Positions 38,249-48,820 of a DNA stretch of 64,000 bases are shown here, piece by piece. The notes under the pieces are model-generated. The model was not told where the DNA came from and made no database searches. It saw only the letters and a program-made list of their open reading frames with translations. The translations under genes and the position numbers were made by a program. Each line of letters begins with the position of its first letter. Within the stretch, counting starts at the first letter, position 1. The stretch spans positions 1 through 64,000 of the forward strand of contig JABWCP010000012.1 in assembly GCA_013360215.1 (NCBI GenBank), read 5' to 3'. This stretch comes from a bacterium (GTDB lineage: Bacteria > CLD3 > SB21).

Positions 38249-39502
38249 ATGAGTACGTGGTTAGTCGAAAAATGTAAACCGTTTTCTAACTTTGTCGAAG
38301 ATATTAAGGCCAAAGGCTTATACAGTTACTTTACGGAACTGGAACGCACCGGCACATATATCACCGTCAAAGGTCAAAATCTCGTCAATTTTTCATCCAA
38401 CGATTATTTGGGTCTTACGCATGATCCGCGTGTGATCGAAGAGGCACGCAAAGCGCTGGATATTTACGGGTCGGGACTCTGCGGATCCCGCTATGTCGTC
38501 GGCACGACCATCGAACATACGCGCTTGGAAGAAAAAATTGCCGACTGGAAGCAAAAAGAAAATTGCATTGTATTTAGTACCGGTTATCAGACTTTGCTTG
38601 GCACCGTATCGGCCATGCTGGTCAAAGCCGATGATTCGATCGAAGATAATATTGTGCTGGCCATTGACAAACTGAGCCACGCCTGTATCCTTGACGGATG
38701 CGCGCTGGCCGTAGGAACCCACATGACGCGCGGCGGAAGTACCAAAAATCTGGACGGACAGATACGGTATTTTCGACACAATGATCCGGGAAGCCTAGAG
38801 TCCATCGTTGAGTCCAGTGTCAAACGCGGTAAAAATGTGATGATCATTGTAGAAGGTGTTTACAGTATGGACGGCGACATTTGTCGTCTTCCGGATTTTG
38901 TCAATATTGCCAACAAATACGATGCGTGTATCGCCGTAGATGACGCCCATGGCACCGGTGTTTTGGGTAAAACCGGACGCGGCACGGGTGAACACTTCGG
39001 CATGGACAAAGATATTGATCTGCTGATGGGCACCTTCAGCAAAGCCCTAGGCGGCGTCGGAGGCTTTGTGTGTGGCCAGCGCGATGTGATTTCCCACATC
39101 AAACATAAAGCCCGCAGCCTCATCTTCTCCGCCGCATCCCCCGTCTCCAATATCGTTTCCGTATCCAAAATCATAGACATCATTCGTTCTGAACCCGAGC
39201 ATCTTCAAAATCTGCGCGTCAACGAGTCGTACTTCAAATCCAAACTCAAAGAATTCGGATTTAACTACGGCGACAGTGAAACACCGATCGTACCGATCAT
39301 CATCGGTGACTCGGAAAAAACGATGTACATTTCCAAAAAATTGTACGAGAACAATATTCTCATGCTGCCGATGATTTTCCCTGCCGTTGCGCGCGGCCAG
39401 GAACGTCTTCGCTGTACGATCAGCGCCAAACATACGCGCCAGGATTTAGATCACGCCTTGGACGTGCTCTACACGGAAGGTAAAAAAATCGGCGTTATCT
39501 GA
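38249..39502 (+). CDS. Alpha-oxoamine synthase (serine palmitoyltransferase/BioF/Kbl family)
   Basis: FSSNDYLGL, SHACILDG, EGVYSMDGD, VDDAHG.G, GTFSKALG (PLP Lys). Confidence 0.88.
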   Translation: MSTWLVEKCKPFSNFVEDIKAKGLYSYFTELERTGTYITVKGQNLVNFSSNDYLGLTHDPRVIEEARKALDIYGSGLCGSRYVVGTTIEHTRLEEKIADWKQKENCIVFSTGYQTLLGTVSAMLVKADDSIEDNIVLAIDKLSHACILDGCALAVGTHMTRGGSTKNLDGQIRYFRHNDPGSLESIVESSVKRGKNVMIIVEGVYSMDGDICRLPDFVNIANKYDACIAVDDAHGTGVLGKTGRGTGEHFGMDKDIDLLMGTFSKALGGVGGFVCGQRDVISHIKHKARSLIFSAASPVSNIVSVSKIIDIIRSEPEHLQNLRVNESYFKSKLKEFGFNYGDSETPIVPIIIGDSEKTMYISKKLYENNILMLPMIFPAVARGQERLRCTISAKHTRQDLDHALDVLYTEGKKIGVI

Positions 39503-39524
39503 TATAAAGCAACCTCCATTTTTT

Positions 39525-39559
39525 AAAACCCTGCAAGCTTTGGCATGCAGGGTTTTTTT
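39525..39559 (+). terminator. Rho-independent terminator
   Basis: AAAACCCTGCA...TGCAGGGTTTTTTT. Confidence 0.75.
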
Positions 39560-39653
39560 GTGTTCGGCCATTTTCATACGCCAATTCCCTTGATTCCCCC
39601 TATTTGCTTCTCTATATTCAAAACAATCGTTTTTTACGGCGGTACGCGGCACC

Positions 39654-41396
39654 ATGACAAAAAAATCGGTCGGTAATTTTATCCTCGTCCTGCATACGCA
39701 TCTACCCTATGTGCTGCATCATGGTCAATGGCCGCATGGCATGGAGTGGCTTTATGAAGCCGCGTCCGAAACTTATATTCCGCTGCTCAATGCCCTGAAT
39801 GCATTGCAAAACGAAGGCCGCCGGCCGCGCCTTACCATCAGCATGACTCCGGTCATTACCGAACAACTTGCGAGCGAAGCGTTTAAAAAAGAATTTGTCG
39901 CTTTTTTGTACGATGAGATTGAACGCGCCCGCACGGATATGGTGTCTTTTGAAAAAAGTCCGACGGAGAAAAAGTTAGTTTCGCTGGCGGAATATTGGTT
40001 GGATTTTTATCAAAATACGCTCAAAGATTTTACACTCACATACCGCCATGATTTAATCGGCGCGTTTCGCACCTTACAGGATCAAGGCGTACTTGATATC
40101 ATCACCTGCGGTGCTACCCACGGATATTTTCCTCTCCTCGGTACCGATGCCAATATCCACGCGCAAATCCGAATGGCCGTCGTGACACATGAAAAATATT
40201 TTGGTCGTAAACCGCGCGGAATATGGCTTCCGGAATGCGCCTATCGCCCCCGGTATGTATGGACACCGCCCGTGGCTTCGGCGCTTGGCTCCGAGCCGCG
40301 TCTTCGTAAAGGTATCGAGGAAATACTGGACGCTAACGGTTTGGAATATTTTATCGTTGATTCCTCGCTCGTCGAGCCGGGTCGGGCCGTACCGATGTAC
40401 ATGGGACGGTTTGAAAATCTACGCAAACTGATGATGCGTTTGGCCAGTGAAAATCGCCCGATACCTAAAGCGGATTTTCTGCAATCGGTATATGATGTCT
40501 ATAAAACCAAATCATCGTACGACGCACCCGGTAATCCCGTTTCCATTTTTGCAAGGGATATGGAAACATCCATGCAGGTTTGGTCCAGTGAACAAGGTTA
40601 TCCCGGCGGCGAATGGTATTTGGATTTCCATAAAAAGCACGAGCAAAGCGGACACCGCTACTGGCGCGTCACCAGTCTTGAGGCCGATCTCGGTCTAAAA
40701 GCACCATACGAGCCTCAAAAAATCCAATCGGCCATCGCCGATGATGCACAGCATTTTGTGCAAGCCGTGCGTCAGGCACTCACTCGATTTAAAACAAAAC
40801 ACGGATACGAAGGCACGCTTACCGCTCCTTTCGATTCCGAGCTTTTCGGGCATTGGTGGTTTGAAGGTCCCGGTTTTCTCAAAACCATCTTCGAACTGAT
40901 GGATGACGATCCCGCAATCCAAACTATGCATTGCGCCGAATCGTTGGATCAGAATCCGCCTGAAAAAATCATCGCTATTCCGGAAGGCAGTTGGGGTGCG
41001 GGCGGCAACCACTATGTGTGGTTTAATCATGAGGTGGATTGGATGTGGCCTTTTATCTACAATGACGAAGCGGCTATGCGCGATCATGTGCAGCGATGGA
41101 ACAATAATACCGATCCCGAATGGACCGCGATCATCAAACAAATGGTGCGCGAACTTTTTCTTCTCGAATCTTCCGATTGGCCTTTTTTGATCAGCACGCA
41201 GTCGGCGATAGATTATGCGACCGAGCGCTTTATGGAACATCATACTGCTTTTGAAAAATTAGCACGTCTGTCCGAATATCATTGTAACGGTTCTGCATTG
41301 CATCCGGACGACCGCGCCTGGTTACGCGAAATCACATCGCAAGATCACATTTTTGATGATGCGCTGATTGATCCGAATTGGTTTTTGAACGATTGA
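39654..41396 (+). CDS. GH57 1,4-alpha-glucan branching enzyme (DUF1957 C-terminus)
   Basis: HTHLPYV, ETYIPL, THGYFPL, GIWLPECAY, FDSELFGHWWFEG, ESSDWPF. Confidence 0.9.
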   Translation: MTKKSVGNFILVLHTHLPYVLHHGQWPHGMEWLYEAASETYIPLLNALNALQNEGRRPRLTISMTPVITEQLASEAFKKEFVAFLYDEIERARTDMVSFEKSPTEKKLVSLAEYWLDFYQNTLKDFTLTYRHDLIGAFRTLQDQGVLDIITCGATHGYFPLLGTDANIHAQIRMAVVTHEKYFGRKPRGIWLPECAYRPRYVWTPPVASALGSEPRLRKGIEEILDANGLEYFIVDSSLVEPGRAVPMYMGRFENLRKLMMRLASENRPIPKADFLQSVYDVYKTKSSYDAPGNPVSIFARDMETSMQVWSSEQGYPGGEWYLDFHKKHEQSGHRYWRVTSLEADLGLKAPYEPQKIQSAIADDAQHFVQAVRQALTRFKTKHGYEGTLTAPFDSELFGHWWFEGPGFLKTIFELMDDDPAIQTMHCAESLDQNPPEKIIAIPEGSWGAGGNHYVWFNHEVDWMWPFIYNDEAAMRDHVQRWNNNTDPEWTAIIKQMVRELFLLESSDWPFLISTQSAIDYATERFMEHHTAFEKLARLSEYHCNGSALHPDDRAWLREITSQDHIFDDALIDPNWFLND

Positions 41397-41440
41397 CTTT
41401 TTCCGCTTATTTTTCCTACTCAACAAACACCGGAGGTGTT

Positions 41441-41854
41441 ATGAAAAATTCCCGGATTTTAGTTTTATTTTGTTTGCCGCTCATGACCACGGCCATCCAT
41501 GCACAATCGGACCCTTTCACAGGTTCCTACACCGGCAAAGGATTTCGCCCCGGCGAAAAATATACGGAAAAACCAAGTTATGTGATCGATGTGACGATCG
41601 AAAAAACCGGCGATTATTATATGGTACGTTGGTTTGAAAACGGTAATCTCTCGTATTACGGGCTCGGCATTCACATTGATAATGTTCTTTCTGTCAGTTA
41701 TGTATCCGTGGATAAATCCATTTACGGAACGGTATCGTATAAAGATTTTAAAAAAGATAAAGGTTATCTCGTCGGCGCATGGTGTATCGCGCCCATGGAT
41801 CCCGACGCCGTCGGTAACGGAAAAAACGGAATGGAAGTCCTCTGGCCCAAATAA
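41441..41854 (+). CDS. Exported hypothetical protein
   Basis: GGAGG RBS, signal peptide ending AIHA, beta-rich mature domain. Confidence 0.7.
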   Translation: MKNSRILVLFCLPLMTTAIHAQSDPFTGSYTGKGFRPGEKYTEKPSYVIDVTIEKTGDYYMVRWFENGNLSYYGLGIHIDNVLSVSYVSVDKSIYGTVSYKDFKKDKGYLVGAWCIAPMDPDAVGNGKNGMEVLWPK

Positions 41855-41958
41855 AGTCCTCGTGAATGGCTTGAAATTCAGATTTTTTGAGTTTATCTTG
41901 CCGCGTTCGGATAAAACACACGGAATATAAATCGTCCCATAAATTAAAGGAGTTTTTT

Positions 41959-42420
41959 ATGAAAAAATGGATGATGATTGCAGCACTGATCACTGCATTT
42001 ACATTTTCTCAAAATGCCAACGCTCAATTACCTGTTAAAATGGGACCGCGCGCAGGCGTCAATATCGGTGACGGCGGCGATTATTTTGTCGGCGGACATA
42101 TCGAAGTCAGTTTGCCGGTATTACCTTTGACCTTCGTTCCGAATGCCGAATACGTCTTCGTAGATAACGCGACAAACATCCATACCGGTGCGGATGTACA
42201 ATATACATTCATCGGTGTCGGCGTGGCAAAACTGGTTGCAGGCGGCGGGTATACTTTTCAATACGCCAAACCTAAAGGTGTTGATGCCAGCACCAACAGT
42301 GGATTTAACTTGCAATTCGGCGCAAAGGCCAGCCTAGGTGTGAGTGCGTTTGGATTGATTCGCACAACAAATATTGACGGTAGTTGGGTGAAGTCCATGG
42401 TTCTTGGCGTGACGTTTTAA
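41959..42420 (+). CDS. Small outer-membrane beta-barrel protein
   Basis: AAGGAG RBS; signal peptide ending ANA-Q; alternating beta strands; C-terminal F. Confidence 0.72.
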   Translation: MKKWMMIAALITAFTFSQNANAQLPVKMGPRAGVNIGDGGDYFVGGHIEVSLPVLPLTFVPNAEYVFVDNATNIHTGADVQYTFIGVGVAKLVAGGGYTFQYAKPKGVDASTNSGFNLQFGAKASLGVSAFGLIRTTNIDGSWVKSMVLGVTF

Positions 42421-42448
42421 TTTTAAGTGAATGCATACAAGGAGTTTT

Positions 42449-43621
42449 ATGGCTGGAAAGTTTAAGAATGTAGATTATTATGATATGGATACGCTGCTCT
42501 CCGACGAAGAACGGATGACGCGTGATACGGTTCGGGATTTTGTGGATGACAAAATCCTGCCCATCATCGAAGAGCATAACCGTAACGGCACGTTTCCTAT
42601 GCATCTGGTAAAAGAGATGGCCGACCTCGGTGTTTTTGGAGCCAATCTGCCAGAGAAATACGGTTGTGCCGGCATGAACAATGTCGCGTACGGACTTATC
42701 ATGCAGGAGCTGGAACGCGGTGACAGCGGGGTGCGCAGTTTTGCATCGGTGCAGGGCGCGCTCGTAATGTATCCGATCTACGCCTACGGTTCCGAAGAAC
42801 AAAAAAACTATTGGTTACCTAAACTGGCTAAGGGTGAAAAAATCGGATGCTTCGGTCTGACTGAACCTGATAACGGCTCCGATCCCGGCGGTATGAAAAC
42901 TAAAGCCGTCAAAGACGGAAAGCACTATATCCTCAATGGCGCCAAGATGTGGATCACCAATGGCACGGTTTCCGATGTGGCCGTTGTCTGGGCGAAATTG
43001 GATGGTGTGGTGCGCGGCTTCCTCGTAGAAAAAGGAACGCCGGGATTTACAGCACCGGAAATGAAAGGTAAGTTTTCATTACGCGCATCCGTTACAAGCG
43101 AACTTGTACTTCAGGATGTTCGCATTCCTGAAGAAAATATTTTACCTAACGGCTCCGGCCTCAAAGCGCCTCTCGGATGTCTTACCCAAGCGCGTTACGG
43201 TATCGCGTGGGGTGCACTCGGTGCCGCGATGGCGTGCTTTGATTCGTCCGTTCGTTACGCTAAAGAACGTATCCAATTCGATAAGCCCATCGGCAGCTTC
43301 CAGTTGGTACAGGAAAAATTGGCTTATATGATTACTGAAATCACCAAAGGCCAACTTTTGGTATTGCAACTGGGTCGCCTGAAAGACAGCAACAAGATGA
43401 AATTCCATCAGGTTTCGATGGCCAAACGCAATAACGTGTATATCGCCCTTGAGATAGCCCGGATGGCGCGCGATCTGCATGGCGCTAACGGTATCATCGA
43501 CGAATATCCGATCATACGCCATATGATGAATCTCGAATCCGTGAAAACCTACGAAGGTACGCACGACATTCATACGTTGATCATCGGCGAAAGCGTGACG
43601 GGCATTCCGGCTTATAAGTAG
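42449..43621 (+). CDS. Acyl-CoA dehydrogenase, glutaryl-CoA dehydrogenase-like
   Basis: ELERGDSGVRS, GCFGLTEP..GSDP, KFSLRAS.T, TYEGTHDIH. Confidence 0.88.
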   Translation: MAGKFKNVDYYDMDTLLSDEERMTRDTVRDFVDDKILPIIEEHNRNGTFPMHLVKEMADLGVFGANLPEKYGCAGMNNVAYGLIMQELERGDSGVRSFASVQGALVMYPIYAYGSEEQKNYWLPKLAKGEKIGCFGLTEPDNGSDPGGMKTKAVKDGKHYILNGAKMWITNGTVSDVAVVWAKLDGVVRGFLVEKGTPGFTAPEMKGKFSLRASVTSELVLQDVRIPEENILPNGSGLKAPLGCLTQARYGIAWGALGAAMACFDSSVRYAKERIQFDKPIGSFQLVQEKLAYMITEITKGQLLVLQLGRLKDSNKMKFHQVSMAKRNNVYIALEIARMARDLHGANGIIDEYPIIRHMMNLESVKTYEGTHDIHTLIIGESVTGIPAYK

Positions 43622-43633
43622 TACTCATTTCAC

Positions 43634-43684
43634 AGCCGCAGCATAGTTTTCGTATTGCATCGAGATTATGCTGCGGCTTTTTTA
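43634..43684 (+). terminator. Long-stem terminator
   Basis: AGCCGCAGCATAG...TTATGCTGCGGCT plus T-run. Confidence 0.75.
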
Positions 43685-43746
43685 TTTTCAAAGTAACCGA
43701 TCGTCATTTCCCGCGTATATTGTAAAGATCAATTTCGGAAATACTC

Positions 43747-44187
43747 ATGAAAATCTGTCCTAACTGCACGACCAACAATCTTGACACGTCGGCCTACTGT
43801 GTCAGTTGCGGCGCGGAACTGACAATGCCTGTTAAAGAAGAACCTGCGCGCGAATCCCGATTTCCCAAAGACCATATCACACATCGCGAAGATCATCCGG
43901 CCAGCGGTATGGCAAAACTCGCCATGACGCTCGGATTGATTTCGTTGTTTTTTGTTTTTTTTGCAGTGATTTGTGCGCCGCTGCCGGGGATCATGGCTAT
44001 CATCATCGGAAACAATGAACTCAAAAAACTGCGCGGTGAAAGATATTCGACCAACGGCGAAACATATTGCCAGATCGGCATTTGGTCGGGTTGGATTTCT
44101 ACTGCCATCGGCATACTGCTTATTGCCATCGGCGGGATCGCGACGATTTGGCTTGTCAATTGGTTTATCGAAGCTTTTACACGTTAA
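43747..44187 (+). CDS. Zinc-ribbon + DUF4190-like membrane protein
   Basis: CPNC..YCVSCG N-terminus; two hydrophobic segments with LGLIS and GI..G motifs. Confidence 0.7.
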   Translation: MKICPNCTTNNLDTSAYCVSCGAELTMPVKEEPARESRFPKDHITHREDHPASGMAKLAMTLGLISLFFVFFAVICAPLPGIMAIIIGNNELKKLRGERYSTNGETYCQIGIWSGWISTAIGILLIAIGGIATIWLVNWFIEAFTR

Positions 44188-44226
44188 TAAGTATTCTTCG
44201 TATTCAGATTTTTTAGAGGAGCAGAC

Positions 44227-44880
44227 ATGTTCATCGGACATTTTGCGACGGGATTTATTTCCAAAAAATGGATGCCGCATATTTCACTTCCCGTGCTTTT
44301 TATCACCGTACAATGGCCGGACTTGATATGGCCTGCCATGCTTTTATTGGGATGGGAATCGGTACGCATCGAACCCGGCAATACGGTAATGACGCCGCTG
44401 GCATTTGATCACTATCCGTACTCGCACAGCCTCATGACCAATCTTCTCGTTGCATCTCTATTTGCTCTCTGGGCGCTACGGCGATATCGCGATCAACGCG
44501 TAGCCGCTTTACTTTTTATCACGGCATGTAGTCACTGGATTTTGGATTTTGTAACGCACCGACCGGATTTACCGCTTTCGCCGGGCAGTTCGCAAATGTT
44601 TGGTCTCGGCTGGTGGAATATTCCTCCGGTTGCTGTCGTTGCAGAGTTGGCATTAATGGCTGCGGGAATTTTTATCTATCATCGCACAACCCGAGCAACC
44701 GGAAAAACAGGCGTATGGGCGTTTTGGGGTTTGATCGCTTTTCTTATGATCATTCATACAGGAAATCTCCTCGGTCCTCCGCCGCCAAATATTACAGGCA
44801 TAGCACTGGCCGGGAACCTGATGTGGTTATTTGTACTGTGGGCGTATTGGATCGAAAAAAATCGCACCGTAATCAAATAA
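44227..44880 (+). CDS. Membrane-bound metal-dependent hydrolase (YdjM-like)
   Basis: MFIGH, PD, YSHSL, SHWILD. Confidence 0.72.
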   Translation: MFIGHFATGFISKKWMPHISLPVLFITVQWPDLIWPAMLLLGWESVRIEPGNTVMTPLAFDHYPYSHSLMTNLLVASLFALWALRRYRDQRVAALLFITACSHWILDFVTHRPDLPLSPGSSQMFGLGWWNIPPVAVVAELALMAAGIFIYHRTTRATGKTGVWAFWGLIAFLMIIHTGNLLGPPPPNITGIALAGNLMWLFVLWAYWIEKNRTVIK

Positions 44881-44914
44881 ATTACCATTATCGTTTAACT
44901 ACAGGATCAGCCGT

Positions 44915-46294
44915 ATGAAACAATGGTTTTGTGTTTTTTTGATCATCATGGTCGCATCATGCCAAAAACCAGCTCCGAAACAACCGGATGTCAAACATTT
45001 GGAACCGGCCGCGATGGCTTTGATGAAACAAGGTTTGAATGATCTACACGCATACACGATGTTATCCGAACTTACGACGAAAGCGCCCAAAAGACTGAGC
45101 GGTTCCGCAATGGCGGACAGCGCCGTTGCGTGGGGCGAACGTACGATGAAAAATCTCGGATTTGAAAATGTTCGTTTGGAACCCGTAATGGTACCGCATT
45201 GGGTACGCGGACCTGTCGAAGAAGCCTTTATCACATCAACCGCACCCTCTCAAAAACTCAATATCTGTGCGCTGGGCGGCAGTATCGCCACACCTAAAGA
45301 AGGCATCGAGTCCGAAATCATCGAAGTGAAAAGCCTTCAAGAAGTGCGTACGCTTGGTGACAAAGTGAAAGGCAAAATTGTATTTTACAATCGCCCGTTT
45401 GATAAAACGTTATTTGCTCCTTTTGAGGCCTACGGCGGCGCGGTAGATCAACGCGGATACGGCGCGGTCGAAGCGGCCCGTTTCGGAGCCGCCGCAGTAC
45501 TGGTTCGCTCCATGACCAATCGGATTGATACCTATCCGCACACCGGCGCGATGCGTTACAACGATTCCATTCCGAAAATTCCGGCCGCCGCGATCAGCAC
45601 GCTGGATGCCAATAACCTCAGCGCTATGCTGACCAAAGGACAACCGGTAAAAGTGCGGATGAAACTCACATGCGAAACGTTGGCTGATAAGCTGTCGTAC
45701 AATGTCATCGGTGAAATTCGCGGAACGGAAAAACCGGAAGAAGTGATCGTGATCGGCGGGCATCTTGACAGTTGGGATAAAGGTACAGGTGCACACGATG
45801 ACGGCGCCGGGATCGTACACTCTATCGAAGCGTTGCGGTTGATGAAGGCTACCGGCCTTTTACCCAAACGCACCGTTCGTGTCGTATTATTTATGAACGA
45901 AGAAAACGGCGTCCGCGGCGGTAAGGGTTATGCGGCGGTTGAGCGGCCAAACGAAAAACATATTGCCGCTTTGGAATCCGACGGCGGTGGGCATGCACCG
46001 CGCGGCTTTGGCGTAGAAGCTGATTCCGTAAAACTACCGCGGATTACACGATTTGAATCGCTCCTCAAAATCATAGATGCCGATCGCGTCGGGCCCGGGC
46101 ACGGCGGAACCGATATCGAACCTTTGGGTAAAACCGGTGTACCGTGTATCGGACTTCATCCCGATCCCCAACGTTATTTTGATTACCATCACTCCGATCA
46201 CGATACGATCGACAAAGTACATGATCGCGAACTCGAACTTGGAGCTATTGCCATGGCGATTCTAACTTACGCCATCGCGTTTGAAGGCATTTAA
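44915..46294 (+). CDS. M28 family peptidase (carboxypeptidase Q-like), lipoprotein
   Basis: Lipobox VAS-C; GGHLDSWD.GTGAHDDG, NEENG, ESDGG, YHH...D. Confidence 0.88.
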   Translation: MKQWFCVFLIIMVASCQKPAPKQPDVKHLEPAAMALMKQGLNDLHAYTMLSELTTKAPKRLSGSAMADSAVAWGERTMKNLGFENVRLEPVMVPHWVRGPVEEAFITSTAPSQKLNICALGGSIATPKEGIESEIIEVKSLQEVRTLGDKVKGKIVFYNRPFDKTLFAPFEAYGGAVDQRGYGAVEAARFGAAAVLVRSMTNRIDTYPHTGAMRYNDSIPKIPAAAISTLDANNLSAMLTKGQPVKVRMKLTCETLADKLSYNVIGEIRGTEKPEEVIVIGGHLDSWDKGTGAHDDGAGIVHSIEALRLMKATGLLPKRTVRVVLFMNEENGVRGGKGYAAVERPNEKHIAALESDGGGHAPRGFGVEADSVKLPRITRFESLLKIIDADRVGPGHGGTDIEPLGKTGVPCIGLHPDPQRYFDYHHSDHDTIDKVHDRELELGAIAMAILTYAIAFEGI

Positions 46295-46354
46295 AAAACT
46301 TGCAGTATCAAAAAGAAGAAACTACCACGATATGCTTAAGGTCGTTTTTATCGC

Positions 46355-47197
46355 GTGAAACCCGTAACAGAAATTAATACGGTTCATTTATTTCCCGAGC
46401 TGGACCGATTGCTCATCGCGTGCTTGCGGAATCTAAGGCCGGAAGACTGGCGTGTACAGACATCAGCCGGTTCGTGGACGGTTCGTGATGTAGCCATACA
46501 TCTGCTTGACGGTAATATTCGTTTAGTATCAGCGATGCGCGACCATCATTTTGCACCGACACCGAACGATCTTTCTTCGTATGAAGCGACGGTACAGTTT
46601 CTTAATACACTCAATGCCGACTGGATCAAAGCTTTTGAGCGAGTCAGTCCGGCGATGATTTGCGAATTGCTTGAAATTACGGGCGCGTGGTACTGTGCTT
46701 ATTTGAAAACGATACGCCATGATGATGATGCGGTATTTCCCGTTACGTGGGCGGGTGAATCCATGTCTAAAAATTGGTTTCATGTCGCTCGGGAGTACAC
46801 TGAAAAATGGCATCATCAGCAACAAATTCGTTCATCGCTCGGCGATGAGGTGACACTTTTGCAGAACGTATGGTATTTGCCTTATCTTGATACCAGTATG
46901 CGTGCGCTGCCGTATGTATATCGTAATATGCCGGCTCCCGACGGCATAGTTTTACAGTTTACAGTATCCGACTTGACTGATGCTAATTGGTTTTTGAAAA
47001 GAAATAATAACAAGTGGGAACTTTTCAGTGGTACCGATCCGAAGCCGCACGCACACATGCGTATCGAAAAAAAAGCGGCTTGGCGTATTTTTACTAAAAA
47101 TCTGAATGGCGAGCGTGCACGTCCCTATATCCACATGCTTGAGGGCGATGATTTTTGGCTTAACCCCTTGCTGAATATGGTGGCTGTCATGGCTTGA
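46355..47197 (+). CDS. Maleylpyruvate-isomerase N-terminal (MDMPI/DinB) family protein
   Basis: WTVRDVAIHL, EKWHHQQQIR. Confidence 0.75.
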   Translation: MKPVTEINTVHLFPELDRLLIACLRNLRPEDWRVQTSAGSWTVRDVAIHLLDGNIRLVSAMRDHHFAPTPNDLSSYEATVQFLNTLNADWIKAFERVSPAMICELLEITGAWYCAYLKTIRHDDDAVFPVTWAGESMSKNWFHVAREYTEKWHHQQQIRSSLGDEVTLLQNVWYLPYLDTSMRALPYVYRNMPAPDGIVLQFTVSDLTDANWFLKRNNNKWELFSGTDPKPHAHMRIEKKAAWRIFTKNLNGERARPYIHMLEGDDFWLNPLLNMVAVMA

Positions 47198-47239
47198 TTT
47201 TTTTATAACCGACGGTCAATAACTTATTTATACAATCAA

Positions 47240-47749
47240 ATGAAACCTATGATTATTGCAGAAACAGATCGTTTGATCCTCCGCCGATTGACCCATGAAG
47301 ATAAACATTTTATCCTGCGCTTGGTCAACGAACCATCGTGGTTACGGTTTATCGGAGATCGTAATGTACACAGCCCCGAAGACGCTGTACGTTATATTAC
47401 CGATGGCCCGATGGCGATGTATGCCAAATACGGATTTGGTTTATTTCTTGTAGTTCTAAAAGGGTCGGATACACCTATCGGCATGTGCGGTTTGCTCAAA
47501 CGTGACACACTCGAACATGCGGACATCGGGTTTGCTTTTTTACCGGAATATTGGGGGCAAGGTTATGCGTACGAAGCGGCGGCGGCTACGATGGCTTATG
47601 GTCAAAAACAGCACGGCCTCAATAAAATCATCGCCATCACTTCACCGGATAATGCGTCTTCTATCAAACTGCTCAAAAAACTCGGCCTCGTCGAAAAAGA
47701 AATCATCCAATTACCCGGCTACAGCGGCGAAACTTTGGTCATGGAATAA
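47240..47749 (+). CDS. GNAT (RimJ/RimL-like) acetyltransferase
   Basis: ETDRLILR, DIGFAFLPEYWGQGYA, N.SSIKLLKKLG. Confidence 0.88.
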   Translation: MKPMIIAETDRLILRRLTHEDKHFILRLVNEPSWLRFIGDRNVHSPEDAVRYITDGPMAMYAKYGFGLFLVVLKGSDTPIGMCGLLKRDTLEHADIGFAFLPEYWGQGYAYEAAAATMAYGQKQHGLNKIIAITSPDNASSIKLLKKLGLVEKEIIQLPGYSGETLVME

Positions 47750-47779
47750 AAAAAGAGCTGCAATTAGCGGCTCTTTTTT
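47748..47779. terminator. Bidirectional terminator between convergent genes
   Basis: AAAAAAGAGCTGC...GCGGCTCTTTTTT. Confidence 0.75.
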
Positions 47780-47805
47780 CTAGTAAAATAGAATTAATCA
47801 AAATT

Positions 47806-48615
47806 CTACATCGCCGATGTATTCAATATTTTTGTAGTTTTTTCCTGAAAACGGCGTTTTCTATCTTCGCGTGTACGACGTTCCTGTACATGCGAGGACG
47901 ATTTTTTAACATTGGAGCCGGCTTCTATACCGACAGCAAAAGACATATAGAAAGTATCATCTGATACAATATGCCACATAAATCCGGTACCATCGCCGCC
48001 CATGTTACCGGACGCACCGGCTTTAGCGATAGGTCCATTGGCGCAATCAATACCATAAATATATAGATACGACTCCGTATCAAGCATGCTGGCCGGAAAA
48101 GTAAAGGTATTGCCCTCAAATGCTGAATCAATTTCAACATAATACCATGATTCGCCATCATAATATTCTAATTCCGCGGAAATATATTTGAAGTCTGAGT
48201 TTCCACCGTACGTCGTCAATGTCAACGCGGTATTCAAAGGAATATAATAATCCGTCGTACTTGCTTTGACACTATCATACATCGTCGGCTGATCTACGGT
48301 GCCTGTTATCGTTCCTTCGGTAGTTTTGATCGCGATATCTCCATCGCCAAATGAGGCTTCGGATGCAAAATCAAAATCGAATGAATTTTGAAAAACAAAT
48401 AAATCTTCCACGCCGGTGATGTTTTTTGCAGTAACCGATTCGATAAACGGCAGAGGATCGCCCATAACAATTCCGTCATAATCAAAATCATTTCCTTCGG
48501 AGCCCAAATACTCATGCTGATAAACATAAGCGATAAGCACATTGGAATTATTGCTGTCGCAGCCCAACATGGTCAGCGTCAGAACACCAAACACAAATAA
48601 TCTCATACTTTTCAT
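47806..48615 (-). CDS. Acidic lipoprotein of unknown function
   Basis: GAGGGG RBS before ATG 48615 (track start 48660); lipobox MLG-C; basic C-terminal tail. Confidence 0.65.
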   Translation of the reverse strand: MKSMRLFVFGVLTLTMLGCDSNNSNVLIAYVYQHEYLGSEGNDFDYDGIVMGDPLPFIESVTAKNITGVEDLFVFQNSFDFDFASEASFGDGDIAIKTTEGTITGTVDQPTMYDSVKASTTDYYIPLNTALTLTTYGGNSDFKYISAELEYYDGESWYYVEIDSAFEGNTFTFPASMLDTESYLYIYGIDCANGPIAKAGASGNMGGDGTGFMWHIVSDDTFYMSFAVGIEAGSNVKKSSSHVQERRTREDRKRRFQEKTTKILNTSAM

Positions 48616-48820
48616 AAAATCCCCTCTGGTTTTGTTATACAGGTTAATTATTGATGACACCTGTAATTACGATTGAATACCATTTACGTGAACAAAGTAA
48701 ATATATTTTATAATGATTACGATGTCCATCTCTTTTATGTGCTTATAATAAAAACCGCTTGATTTCCATAACGATAATTGTTTTTATTGATCAATCATGT
48801 ATCATAAAGTGTACCGTTGA

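Noticed and set aside
38116-38313. Small ORFs in intergenic regions (38116-38313, 13121-13459, 51441-51653)
   Set aside because: They overlap promoters, terminators or real genes, lack a clear RBS and show no protein-like features.
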